This document shows positions 34,982-44,322 of a DNA stretch of 48,338 bases, piece by piece. The position numbers were made by a program, and so were the translations under genes. The notes under the pieces are model-generated. The model saw only the letters and a list, made by a program, of their open reading frames with translations. It searched no databases and had not been told where the DNA came from. This DNA comes from an uncultured Chthoniobacter sp. GTDB taxonomy: Bacteria > Verrucomicrobiota > Verrucomicrobiia > Chthoniobacterales > Terrimicrobiaceae. The stretch spans positions 1 through 48,338 of the forward strand of contig CAZVPK010000001.1 in NCBI GenBank assembly GCA_964628505.1. The letters run 5' to 3'. Every line of letters starts with the position of its first letter. Position 1 is the first letter of the stretch.

Positions 34982-36256
34982 CTAGGCCCCGGACCTCGAA
35001 ACCGCCGGCTCGTGCAGGCGGCGGACCTGGAGGATCGTAAGAAGATTCATCGCGAAAAGGGCGGCGAAATAGATGCTGTGCCGCTTCCATTCGAGCGCGC
35101 CCGTCACCGCCTCGTAGGTTCCCAGAACGTCCAGCGAGATTCCCCATGCCACCGGAGCCGCTCCCAGACCGAGGCTGGTGACCACCGTGAAGAGCGCGAA
35201 AAAATGGTTGCGGCCCGCCGCGGGCATCGTCGCCAGCGCGAGCCGGCCGTTCGCCACATTGAACGCCGCTCCCGCCATTCCGGAGAGGAAATTCAATCCC
35301 GCGATCACCCGTCGCGAACAAGGCGCCACCCCGGCGGCGACCAGAAACCAACCCGCGATGGCGAGACCGATCATCCCGAGCGAGACAGCCAACACGGGCT
35401 TGGCTCCGAACCGGTCGATCAAGCGGCCCGCGCCGGTCAGCGCCGCCAGGGATCCCAGAAAGGAAATGCCCGTGAGATACATCACCTGCGAGGCGTCGAA
35501 ACCGGGAAATTCGTGCAGGTATTCGACCGTGAAGACCCCCAGGCTTCCCACCACCGCGACGAAGAGGAGGTTGAAAACCATCAGTTGGAAAAACGGCTGG
35601 TAACCCATGATCGCCCGCCACGGGACAGGCTCGGACGAGAGCTTCATCTCCTCCTCGGCGGTGACGTCGGGGATTTTTTTGATGAAGAGCAACGACGCCA
35701 CACCCGCCAGCGCGCTGGCGAAAAACACGAGAGAGTATTCGTGCGGCTCCACCTTCCCTCCCATGAGCACCGACGCCAGAAGGAGCGAAACCAGCGACCC
35801 GATGAACATCGCAATCTGGTCCCGCGACAGGAACGCCGCCCGCGCCCCGTCGGGAATCAACGCCGCGATCCACGGCATCCACGCCGCCGAGGCGATCCCC
35901 CGGAGCACGTTGAAGACAAACAACGCCGCCACGATCAGGACGAGCTTGCTGGCCGAATCGAGGAATCCCATCACCGGCACCGCCGCCACGATGAAAATGA
36001 AAATCGAGCGGAACCCCCACCCCGCGAGGACGAAATTCCGGTAGCCGTAAACGTGCAGGTATTTCGCCGCCGGCCATTGCAGCACGGTCATCAGCGGCGT
36101 GAAGGACGCCAGCACGCCGAGCACGGTCGATCCCGCGCCGATGCTTTTCGCGTAAAGAATGATCGGCGCCCCGAGGATGATCTGGAACGAGACCGCGTTC
36201 AGGAACATGAATCCATGAACATTCCACGAGCCGGGCGGACACTTGGGAGCGCTCAC
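34982..36256 (-). CDS. MFS transporter
   Basis: 424 aa, 12 predicted TM segments in a 6+6 arrangement with a central loop (KKIPDVTAEEEMKLS). Substrate not inferable. Confidence 0.8.
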   Translation of the reverse strand: MSAPKCPPGSWNVHGFMFLNAVSFQIILGAPIILYAKSIGAGSTVLGVLASFTPLMTVLQWPAAKYLHVYGYRNFVLAGWGFRSIFIFIVAAVPVMGFLDSASKLVLIVAALFVFNVLRGIASAAWMPWIAALIPDGARAAFLSRDQIAMFIGSLVSLLLASVLMGGKVEPHEYSLVFFASALAGVASLLFIKKIPDVTAEEEMKLSSEPVPWRAIMGYQPFFQLMVFNLLFVAVVGSLGVFTVEYLHEFPGFDASQVMYLTGISFLGSLAALTGAGRLIDRFGAKPVLAVSLGMIGLAIAGWFLVAAGVAPCSRRVIAGLNFLSGMAGAAFNVANGRLALATMPAAGRNHFFALFTVVTSLGLGAAPVAWGISLDVLGTYEAVTGALEWKRHSIYFAALFAMNLLTILQVRRLHEPAVSRSGA

Positions 36257-36304
36257 AAAAAATCCGGAGCGCCGGTGGGGAGGCGGATCCCCGCGCGGCG
36301 GAAC

Positions 36305-36634
36305 CTACCGCGTCTCCGCGGCCGCCGCCTCCGGGTTTTCAGCCAGAACCGCCGCCATCGAAGGGAGCACATAGGGTTTGCCGGGAACGTAGACCGGGGC
36401 ATCCGTCTTGGGCGGCTGGATCAAACTGCGCTCGATGAGCACCGGGTCGACCGGCGCGATCAGGCTGTAGCTTCCCTTGCCGTCCGGGAGCATCGGAGTT
36501 CCCCAGGCATTGCGGCAAACGACCTCCGCCGCCTTCACTTTCGCGCCGGCCAGCGTGTGGTTGCTCAAATCGGGCTCCTCGGGAAGGACGAGGGTTCCGA
36601 GAATCGTGCCGCCGGCGATCAGAAAGGGAATCAT
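36305..36634 (-). CDS. Hypothetical exported/anchored protein (109 aa)
   Basis: Very high GC3 in frame and a hydrophobic N-terminus (MIPFLIAGGTILGTLVL). No family recognised. Lies 48 nt upstream of the MFS gene on the same strand. Confidence 0.55.
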   Translation of the reverse strand: MIPFLIAGGTILGTLVLPEEPDLSNHTLAGAKVKAAEVVCRNAWGTPMLPDGKGSYSLIAPVDPVLIERSLIQPPKTDAPVYVPGKPYVLPSMAAVLAENPEAAAAETR

Positions 36635-36661
36635 GGCCGAAACCTAAATCCGTCCATGGCC

Positions 36662-36684
36662 CGGACAAAACATTTTTTTGTCCG
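36662..36684. promoter_or_regulatory. Inverted repeat CGGACAAAA-N5-TTTTGTCCG in a divergent promoter region
   Basis: Read directly. Lies between the 109-aa ORF (minus strand) and the tamB-like gene (plus strand). Confidence 0.25.
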
Positions 36685-36809
36685 CGGGACGCGGAGCCTC
36701 GCACGCGGGCTTGCGGGAAACGCGGGGGATGGGATTAGTTCATGGCGTGCCTCGTTCCCGAGAAATCCAATTCCGCACCGCGGCCGCTCGGCGCGCCTGA
36801 GGGGATTCC

Positions 36810-39800
36810 ATGCCGCAAAAAAACCCACGGCGATTTTATCGATCGAAACGGTTTTGGGCCGTCGCGGTCCTCCTGCTCGCGGCCGCCGCGCTGCAACGGC
36901 CGATTTTGTCCGGCCTGTTCGAATTCGGCGCCGAGGTGGCCTGCGGCCGCGAGGGGCTGGAGTTCGCCGCCAAGAGCGTGAGGGCGGGTCTCTTCGAACC
37001 CCTCGTTCTCGAGGGCGTGTCGATCCGCGTCCACGAGCGGGCGGGAAATTCCAACAGCGCCCTGGACATCGAGCGCTTGCGGGTGGATTGGCAAAACCCG
37101 GGCGCGTTCCTTTCCAACCCCCTCCGCCCGGTGGCGGGGGTTTCGATCCGGCGGATGAACGCCCATCTGGATTTCCGCCGCGCGGAAACGGGGGCCGCCT
37201 CCGATCTCGGCTGGAAGCCCGTGGCGGTGCTGGCGGCCTTGCTGCGCCCCGCGGGCGAATGGCCGCAGGCGATTTCGATGGAGGGCTCGCGGATCGAGGT
37301 CGAAACCGGCCCGTCGCGCTGGGTGGCCGACCGTTGCTCGGCGAGCCTCGTCGCCGGGGAAGCCGGCCGTTTGGAAATCGGCGGCCTGACCATTCTTTCG
37401 CCCGGATTCGAGCGGGTCCTCGGCCCCTTGGCGGCGGGCGCACAGTGGGACGGAACAATCCTCTCGCTCGCCGGGATGGAAATCCTGCCCGGTGTGCGGG
37501 CGGATTCGGTCTCTTGCGTGCTGGAGCCCGGCGTCGACCCCTCGCTCTCGTTCCAGGGCCGGGTCTTCGGCGGCACGCTGCGCGGGGATTGGAATTTCCG
37601 GCGCGGCGGGCAGGGAACGGTTTGGGACTTCGCGGCCGTTTGCTCGAATGTGGGCCTGGAGCCGTTGCCCGCCGTTCTTGGAATGGAGGGCACGATCCGG
37701 GGGCGGCTCTCCGAAGGCCGCTTCACCTTCCGCGGGGACCCGGGGCGTCCCGCCGACGCCGAGGCGTCGCTGCGCGTCCTGGCCAGGGATTTCCGCTGGA
37801 ACGACCGGGGCTGGGAATCGCTCGAGATCGGCGCCAGCCTCATCCACCGGCGGCTCCTCGTCTCGAATTTCGATCTCCGACAAAGCGAAAACACCGTCAC
37901 GCTGAACGGCGAGATTTCGCTCGCCGAGGGCTGGGAAAAAATCGCCGAGGCCCCGTTCCTCGTGAACCTCCGCGCGAACATCAAGGAACTCGGCGCCCTG
38001 GCGCCCCTGACCGGCGTCTCGGCGGAGGAGGCGGGGGGCGCCCTGGTCGCGGAGGGCTCGGTGAGCGGACGCCCCGGCTCCCTCGATGGATTCGTCGGAC
38101 TTCAGGCGAGGGATGTCGAGTATCGGGGCATCCGCGTCGAAGAGGCGGACCTCGAAGTCCTGTTCCGGAAAAGCCTCGCCGAGATCGTTCGCTGCGAGGT
38201 GCGCTCGGGCAAGGACTCGCTGGCGGCCAAGGGGCGGGTGGAACTGTCGGCGCCGCACGCCTACGCGGGCGAACTCGAGGCGGGACTCTCCGATCTCGCG
38301 ATGTGGCTGAGGCCGTTCCCGGCGCTCGGCGGGGGCGTGGTCGCGGGCGGCGCGCTCAACCTGAAGTGGAGCGGCGACGGAAGCCTCGAGGGCCACTCCG
38401 GCTCGTTCGACCTCGGCCTCTCGCGTTTCGTTTCGGAATTCACACCCGCCGGACTCACCGGAAAATTCGAGGGGACCTATTCGCCGAAAAACATCTACCT
38501 GTCCCGCGCCTCGGTTCAAAAGGACCGCTTGCGTCTCGCCTCGCGGGTGACCCTGTCGACCCACGGAATCAACTTCGACGACCTGGAACTCGCCGCCAAC
38601 GGAAGCGATCTTCTTCGCGGAAAAATCTATCTGCCGGTGAATCCCTTCACCCTCCGAAGCCTCGCGGATTGGAACGCCGCGGTTCTCGGAACCCGCGACA
38701 TTTATGTCGAGGCCGACACCCCCGGCGAGTTGGAACTCGGCGGCCTCTCGGCGCTCGTGGGCCAGGAATGGCCCATCGAGGGACGGTTGGCCATGGATGT
38801 CCAGGCGTTCGGCCCCGCTTCCGGCATCGACGGCAGACTGGCCTTGAAGGCGCGCGATCTGGTCTGGCGCGGACGCGGCGACGGCGTGCCGTCCAGCCTG
38901 CAACTGGAAATGCGGACCGGGGCGGGAACCGCCTCCGTCAACGGGACACTGGAAAACCCCGCCATGAGCCCGCTGACCATTTCCGCCTCGTTCCCCTTTG
39001 GAATGTTCAAGGATGCCGAGGGAACGCCGCGCTGGTTCCAACGCGGCGCGGCCGTGAAGGCCTCGGCGGATTTCCCCCGGGCCGATCTCGCGCTGTTGCG
39101 TCCGTTTTTTCCCGAACTCGGAGGGCTTTCGGGCGAACTCTCGGGGAAGCTGGATTTCGAGGGAACCATCGACTCGCCCGGCCTGTCGGGATCGGCCGAA
39201 ATCCGGAACGCGGCATTCCGCCTCGGGTCCCTTCCCTCGCCCGCCGAGTTCGTGAACGGGCGTCTGGAGATCGAAGGCGGCCTTCTGAAAATCCGCGAGG
39301 TGGCCGGTGAAATCGATCCCGGCCGCTTCGAAGTCAACGGCGAGTGCGCGTTTCCCGAACCGTGGAAACCGCGCTGGAGCCTCGAATGGCGCGGGGAAAA
39401 AATCCCGATCCGGCGCGACGGACGCCTCACCCTGCTGGCGAACGCCGCGCTGCGCGGATCGGGCGGGCGGCTCGAGGGACGGATCGATCTCGTGGATTCC
39501 CGCATCGAGGGCCGGCCGCGGCTCCGTCCCTTTCTCTCCTCCCCCGGCACGGCGGGCCTCGATCTCTCAAGCCCGTTGTCGACCCTGGCCGCCCTGGTTC
39601 CCGATCCGCGGTGGACGCTCGACGTGGCGGTGGAAACGGCGGAACCGGTGGAACTCGCGGGCGGGACGTATCCCGCCTCGCTGCGGGTGGACCTGCGGTT
39701 GACCGGAGATGCCGGGAGTCCCCTGCCCGCCGGTCGAATCCTCTGGAGCGGTCTGGAGGCCGAGGTATCCGGCGGGGCGCTGTTGACGAGCGCGGGAGAG

Positions 39801-40199
39801 TTGGCGTTTTTCCCCGACAAGCCCGGCGAGGCGTTCGTCGTGGCGGAAGCCGCCGGGTTCGCCGGCGGCGGGCCGATCGTGGCTTTCGCGTTCGGCGCGC
39901 TCAAAGAGGGAAAGTGGATTTTTCCGGAAGGCGCCCCCCAAATCCAGTTTCTCCGTCTGCGCGGCGACAGCCCGCTCGCCGTTCCGTTCGAGGGAACGGG
40001 GCAGGCGGCGGAGTTTTTCCTGGTGGCGGGCCCGGACGGCCTCCCGGGCCGCCCCGTCGCGCTCCGCCTGGAGGACCACTCCGTCGCGGGAGACGGCCTG
40101 AGGTTCTCCGACAGCCTGGATTTCCGCCTGCGGGGATCGCTGCTTCCGGCGGGATCGTTCCGATCCGGCTTCCAGTGGAGCTGGTCGCCACCGTTTTGA
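36810..40199 (+). CDS. TamB/AsmA-like translocation-and-assembly-module protein (DUF490-type C-terminus)
   Basis: 1129 aa. N-terminal signal-anchor (FWAVAVLLLAAAAL), then a long beta-rich, Gly/Leu/Ser-rich repetitive body with recurring L.G.L...G motifs (e.g. GRLAMDVQAFG, GKLDFEGTIDSPGLSGSAEI typical of the DUF490 region). Confidence 0.7.
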   Translation: MPQKNPRRFYRSKRFWAVAVLLLAAAALQRPILSGLFEFGAEVACGREGLEFAAKSVRAGLFEPLVLEGVSIRVHERAGNSNSALDIERLRVDWQNPGAFLSNPLRPVAGVSIRRMNAHLDFRRAETGAASDLGWKPVAVLAALLRPAGEWPQAISMEGSRIEVETGPSRWVADRCSASLVAGEAGRLEIGGLTILSPGFERVLGPLAAGAQWDGTILSLAGMEILPGVRADSVSCVLEPGVDPSLSFQGRVFGGTLRGDWNFRRGGQGTVWDFAAVCSNVGLEPLPAVLGMEGTIRGRLSEGRFTFRGDPGRPADAEASLRVLARDFRWNDRGWESLEIGASLIHRRLLVSNFDLRQSENTVTLNGEISLAEGWEKIAEAPFLVNLRANIKELGALAPLTGVSAEEAGGALVAEGSVSGRPGSLDGFVGLQARDVEYRGIRVEEADLEVLFRKSLAEIVRCEVRSGKDSLAAKGRVELSAPHAYAGELEAGLSDLAMWLRPFPALGGGVVAGGALNLKWSGDGSLEGHSGSFDLGLSRFVSEFTPAGLTGKFEGTYSPKNIYLSRASVQKDRLRLASRVTLSTHGINFDDLELAANGSDLLRGKIYLPVNPFTLRSLADWNAAVLGTRDIYVEADTPGELELGGLSALVGQEWPIEGRLAMDVQAFGPASGIDGRLALKARDLVWRGRGDGVPSSLQLEMRTGAGTASVNGTLENPAMSPLTISASFPFGMFKDAEGTPRWFQRGAAVKASADFPRADLALLRPFFPELGGLSGELSGKLDFEGTIDSPGLSGSAEIRNAAFRLGSLPSPAEFVNGRLEIEGGLLKIREVAGEIDPGRFEVNGECAFPEPWKPRWSLEWRGEKIPIRRDGRLTLLANAALRGSGGRLEGRIDLVDSRIEGRPRLRPFLSSPGTAGLDLSSPLSTLAALVPDPRWTLDVAVETAEPVELAGGTYPASLRVDLRLTGDAGSPLPAGRILWSGLEAEVSGGALLTSAGELAFFPDKPGEAFVVAEAAGFAGGGPIVAFAFGALKEGKWIFPEGAPQIQFLRLRGDSPLAVPFEGTGQAAEFFLVAGPDGLPGRPVALRLEDHSVAGDGLRFSDSLDFRLRGSLLPAGSFRSGFQWSWSPPF

Positions 40200-40227
40200 G
40201 ACCAATAGCCGTTCGCTTTTGGACTTC

Positions 40228-40243
40228 TGGCATAGGCATCGCT
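40228..40243 (+). promoter_or_regulatory. Weak sigma-54-like -24/-12 element
   Basis: TGGCATAGGCATCGCT: GG and GC at the correct 11-nt register, but C-to-T at -22 and T-to-C at -14. About 150 nt upstream of the DUF2062 gene. Confidence 0.2.
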
Positions 40244-40394
40244 TGCGCTTAGCGAGGAGGGCTCCGGTTCTCGGAGCCGGATCGGTGTGTTCGCGCAAGC
40301 CGCATCGCTCCCGGGCGTTTTGCGGGGACCGGGGCCTTGGACAAATCCCTGATCCCGCTCAAAAGTCTCAGGCGAACCGCCGTTGGGATGAGAC

Positions 40395-40916
40395 GTGCGT
40401 TTTGAATTGGTCCGCGGGCGCGGCGGATGTAATTGCTCGGGCGTGATCCGGAAAATCACCACCCATTTCCACGCGCTTCGCGAAAAGTTGTTGGACCTCC
40501 GCGATCTTCCCCATGCGCTGGCCGGCGGGGTCGCGATCGGGATGTTCATCGGGTTCACGCCGTTGTTCGGCTTGAAAACCCTCCTTTGCATCGGCGTCGC
40601 CTATTTGCTGCGCTGCAACCCGATCGCCGCCGTCATTTCCGTGTCGCTCACCGATGTGGTCACGCCGTTGTGGCCGGTGATTCTGGAACTGCAATACAAC
40701 GCCGGCCGGGCGGTGCTGCGCCTCCTTCACGAGGTTCCACCCGCCCCGCCCTCGTTGCATTTCCACATCCACGAGGTGATGGAATGGCGCACGTTTGTCG
40801 ATATCGGACCGCCGATGCTCGTCGGGTCGCTTTTTTTCTCCGTTCCGGCGGCCCTGGTCTCGTATTGGCTCGCCCTTCCGGTCTTCCGGAACCGGGCGGC
40901 GAGGAGGGCGCCATGA
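40395..40916 (+). CDS. DUF2062 domain membrane protein
   Basis: PHALAGGVAIGMFIGFTPLFGLKTLLCIGVAYLLRCN matches the DUF2062 core as I recall it. GTG start. Confidence 0.7.
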   Translation: MRFELVRGRGGCNCSGVIRKITTHFHALREKLLDLRDLPHALAGGVAIGMFIGFTPLFGLKTLLCIGVAYLLRCNPIAAVISVSLTDVVTPLWPVILELQYNAGRAVLRLLHEVPPAPPSLHFHIHEVMEWRTFVDIGPPMLVGSLFFSVPAALVSYWLALPVFRNRAARRAP

Positions 40917-41587
40917 GAAACGCGGCGGCCTGGCTGGCCGCTCTCTGGACGGCCGGCGGCGCGGTGTTTCTTTTCCACGGCGAGGCGGGATCGTCCGCGT
41001 GGTGGGATGTGGTGTGGGTTCTGCTGCTGGCGATGGCGGCCTATCTGGAACTCGTGGAGGCGGGAGGACTCGCGAGGGCCCGCTTGTTCGCCGGAATCGC
41101 CCTGGCGGGATTCGGGGGGATGGTGCTCCTCACGGCCCTGGCCGGCTGGCCGTTCGGTCCGATGCGATTCACGGGCCCCGAGGCGCTGCGGTTGGGAAAT
41201 GTGTTCCCGCTTCTACCGCCTCTGGCGCTGTTCGCCTGGCTCGCCCTGTGCCAGCGCGCCTTGGCGGTGGCGTTTCCGGACTTGGGAACCAACGCGCTCG
41301 CGGGATTGGTCGCCGGAGCCTTCACGCTCACGGCGGCGAACGGACTCGTGTTCCTCTGCAAGGCGAGGCTGTGGTGGCTTTGGAATCCCTGGGAGCAGGG
41401 GGCCGCCTGGGGCGCGGGTTTGTTCGGACTCGCGAGCCTGGCCGCGGCGGCGTTTTTTCTGTCCCGCATCCATCCCGCGGACACAGCCCTCAAGCTGTCC
41501 CGCTGGTCCTCCGCGGCGGTTCTTCTGGGGGCCATCAACCTCCTTTTCCTCGGGGCGAACGCGGCGATATTTTTCGGGAAGGGATGA
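40913..41587 (+). CDS. Integral membrane protein (224 aa, about 7 TM), function unknown
   Basis: ATG at 40913 overlaps the DUF2062 stop (ATGA). Ala/Leu/Gly-rich polytopic protein. It may belong to the DUF422 carotenoid-biosynthesis-protein-like family, but I cannot confirm this. Confidence 0.6.
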   Translation: MRNAAAWLAALWTAGGAVFLFHGEAGSSAWWDVVWVLLLAMAAYLELVEAGGLARARLFAGIALAGFGGMVLLTALAGWPFGPMRFTGPEALRLGNVFPLLPPLALFAWLALCQRALAVAFPDLGTNALAGLVAGAFTLTAANGLVFLCKARLWWLWNPWEQGAAWGAGLFGLASLAAAAFFLSRIHPADTALKLSRWSSAAVLLGAINLLFLGANAAIFFGKG

Positions 41588-41838
41588 AAACCGGTTTCTG
41601 GGAATTTTTGCGTCAGAGCCTGCAAGGCGAGGAGCCGGTGCACCCGGTGGAGCGCCGCATGGCGAAACGTTGGGTCAAGGAGCGGCTCAAGCGCGTGTTC
41701 CCCGAATTGCGCTCGAATCCGGCGGAACTGGAGAAAGCCTACAACCAACTCGGCCTCGAGGTTCGGGAAGGCTCCGGACGCGGCGGCGGCACGGTTTACG
41801 AGGTCAGGCTGCCCGGCGTGGCGGACTCCGCGGATTGA
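41584..41838 (+). CDS. Hypothetical soluble protein (84 aa)
   Basis: ATG at 41584 overlaps the upstream stop (ATGA). Charged helical sequence MKTGFWEFLRQSLQGEEPVHPVERRMAKRWVKERLKRVFPELRSNPAELEKAYNQLG with good GC3. Confidence 0.5.
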   Translation: MKTGFWEFLRQSLQGEEPVHPVERRMAKRWVKERLKRVFPELRSNPAELEKAYNQLGLEVREGSGRGGGTVYEVRLPGVADSAD

Positions 41839-41841
41839 GGC

Positions 41842-43191
41842 TCAATCCCACAAGCGGTCCAGGCCGCGGCGGATGCAGTCGAAGAGGTGGTCGATCTCCC
41901 CGCGGGTGATGATCAGGGGCGGGGCGGCGGCGACGAGGGTCCGGATGCCGCGCACGATGGCCCCCTCCTCACGCACCAGGGCCGCGGCGCGGACTCCGAT
42001 CGTCGGCTCGGCGGCCAGGCCGGCGCGGCCGGATTTCGGAACCACTTCCAACGCGCCGATGAGGGCGTGTCCGCGGACCTCGGCGACGGCCGGGTGGTCG
42101 GCGAACTCGTGAAGTTTCTTTTGGAAATAGGGTCCGACGTCGTCGCGAACGCGCTCGACCAGGCCGAGGCGCTCGGTGGTTTCGAGGTTCGCCAGCGCGG
42201 CGGCGGCGCTCACCGGATGGCCCGAGTAGGTGTAGCCGTGGGCGAAGTAGCCGCCCTCGAAAATCGTTTCGGAGATTTCGTCGCTGACCATCGTGGCGCC
42301 GAGCGGCAGGTAGCCGCTGGTGATTCCCTTCGCGAGCGTGATGAGGTCCGGATCGAGGTTCCAAAGATTGCTCGCGAACCAGTCGCCGAGGCGGCCGAAG
42401 GCGGTGATGACCTCGTCGGCGACGAAGAGGATGTTGTTTTTGCGAAGCAGATCGCGCAACTCGGCGAGGTGGCCCGGAGGCGGCGGGATGACGCCTCCCG
42501 CACCCTGGATCGGTTCGACGAACATGGCGGCGATGGTGTCCGCCCCCTCCTCGCGGATCGTGCGGGCGGTTTCCTCGAGGCACCATTTTCCGAAGGCCTC
42601 GGGATCGAGCGGGGATTGGACCCCGTAGGGATGCGGGCCGGGAACCCGCACGAATCCGGGCAGCGGCAGGTCGAAGGGCTCGTAGCAGACGGGCAGGCCG
42701 GTCATGCTCGCCGTGGCCAGGGTCACGCCGTGGTAGGCGAACGTGCGCGAGAGGATCTTGTATTTTCCGGATTGCTTGCGGGTGTGGTGGTAGGCGCGGA
42801 TGATCTTGAGCGCGCTTTCATTGGCCTCGGAGCCGGAATTCGAAAAGAGGGTGCGCTTGACGCGGGCGGGGGATTTTTTCGCGAGAAAATCGGCCACGCG
42901 CACCGGGGCCTCGGTGGTGGTGTTGAAGAACGAGGGGTAGTAGGGCAGACGGCGCATCTGCTCCTGGACGGCCTCGACGATGGCGGTGCAGTTGTAGCCG
43001 ACATTGACGCACCACAGGCCGGCGAGACCGTCGAGGAGGCGGCGGTTGTCCTGGTCGATGAGGAAACACCCGTCGCCGGACTGGATGACATGCGTGCCGG
43101 GCTTGTGCATGTCGAGGTGGTGGGTGAAGGGGTGGAGGTGGAAGCGGCGATCGAGTTCGCGCAATTCGGCGATCTTGGGGTCGGGACTCAT
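41842..43191 (-). CDS. Class-III (omega) aminotransferase, PLP-dependent
   Basis: GLWCVNVGY, FSNSGSEANE, FVEPIQGAGGVIPPP, FVADEVITAFGRLG, KGITSGYLPLGA (PLP Lys). The ATG at 43191 (MSPDPKIAELREL) is preferred over 43236. Confidence 0.9.
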   Translation of the reverse strand: MSPDPKIAELRELDRRFHLHPFTHHLDMHKPGTHVIQSGDGCFLIDQDNRRLLDGLAGLWCVNVGYNCTAIVEAVQEQMRRLPYYPSFFNTTTEAPVRVADFLAKKSPARVKRTLFSNSGSEANESALKIIRAYHHTRKQSGKYKILSRTFAYHGVTLATASMTGLPVCYEPFDLPLPGFVRVPGPHPYGVQSPLDPEAFGKWCLEETARTIREEGADTIAAMFVEPIQGAGGVIPPPPGHLAELRDLLRKNNILFVADEVITAFGRLGDWFASNLWNLDPDLITLAKGITSGYLPLGATMVSDEISETIFEGGYFAHGYTYSGHPVSAAAALANLETTERLGLVERVRDDVGPYFQKKLHEFADHPAVAEVRGHALIGALEVVPKSGRAGLAAEPTIGVRAAALVREEGAIVRGIRTLVAAAPPLIITRGEIDHLFDCIRRGLDRLWD

Positions 43192-43283
43192 TCCGAGACA
43201 CACTAGCACCGCGGCGCGCGGCGCGCCATTCCACAATCGAGTTCGGATTCGACTTGGCCGGAGGGCGGTGGCAGGTTCCGCGG

Positions 43284-44297
43284 ATGAAATTCGTCGATCA
43301 AATCCGCATCCACGCCAAGGCGGGGGACGGCGGAAACGGCTGCTGCAGCTTCCGCCGGGAAAAATACATCCCGCACGGCGGGCCGGACGGCGGGGACGGG
43401 GGTCGCGGAGGGGACATTGTTTTGAAGGCCGACACCGACACGGACAGCCTGGTGGCGCTGTTTTTCGAACCGCTTGTTCGCTCCAAGCGGGGCGCGCACG
43501 GCCAGGGAAAGGACAAGCATGGAAAAAGCTCGAAGCCGACCGTTGTGAAAGTGCCGGTGGGCACGGTCGTTCATCGGGCGGGCCAGTCGCAGGGCGACGA
43601 GGTGGAGGAGGAACCGATCGCCGATCTCTCCACGCCCGGGCAGGAGTTTCTTCTTTGCAAGGGCGGCGACGGCGGCAAGGGAAACACGCATTTCAAATCC
43701 TCGACGAACCGGGTGCCGAGGCAGTTCACAAAAGGCTATCCCGGCGAGGAGGGCTGGTTCCTGCTGGAGTTGCGGACGATCGCCGACGCGGGACTGGTGG
43801 GATACCCGAACGCGGGGAAATCCACCCTGTTGCGGGCGATCTCGGCGGCCAAGCCGAAGACGGCCCCCTACCCCTTCACCACGCTGCATCCGCTGGTGGG
43901 TGTGGTGGAAATGCCCGACTACCGGCGCGCCACGGTGGCGGACATTCCGGGATTGATCGAAGGGGCGCACGACAACCGCGGGCTCGGACACGAATTCCTG
44001 CGCCACATTGTCCGGTGCAAGACCCTGCTCTACGTCCTGGACATGGCGGGCAGCGAGGGGCGCCATCCGGTGGACGACTACCAGTCCCTGCGAAAGGAAC
44101 TGCGACTCTACGATCCGACGCTCGCCGCGAAGCCCGCGTGCATTGTCGCGAACAAAATGGACCTCCCTGCCGCGGAGGAAAACCTCCGGGCGTTCCGCGC
44201 GAGGTTTCCGAAACTGCGGGTGATCCCGGTCTGCGCGGAACTCGGGGAAGGCATCGGCCAAATCGTGGACCACCTCGGCGCCCTCGCCGGGGAATAG
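43284..44297 (+). CDS. obg: GTPase Obg/CgtA
   Basis: MKFVDQIRIHAKAGDGGNGCCSFRREKYIPHGGPDGGDGGRGG (Obg fold), GYPNAGKSTLL (G1), DIPGLIEGA (G3), NKMD (G4). Confidence 0.95.
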   Translation: MKFVDQIRIHAKAGDGGNGCCSFRREKYIPHGGPDGGDGGRGGDIVLKADTDTDSLVALFFEPLVRSKRGAHGQGKDKHGKSSKPTVVKVPVGTVVHRAGQSQGDEVEEEPIADLSTPGQEFLLCKGGDGGKGNTHFKSSTNRVPRQFTKGYPGEEGWFLLELRTIADAGLVGYPNAGKSTLLRAISAAKPKTAPYPFTTLHPLVGVVEMPDYRRATVADIPGLIEGAHDNRGLGHEFLRHIVRCKTLLYVLDMAGSEGRHPVDDYQSLRKELRLYDPTLAAKPACIVANKMDLPAAEENLRAFRARFPKLRVIPVCAELGEGIGQIVDHLGALAGE

Positions 44298-44322
44298 CCC
44301 CGGGGAGGGCGCTTCCGGCCGT

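Noticed and set aside
34913-39310. 1465-aa plus-strand ORF (the longest in this region)
   Set aside because: It runs antisense through the MFS gene and out of frame through the TamB-like gene. Its Arg/Pro/Gly-dominated composition is not protein-like.
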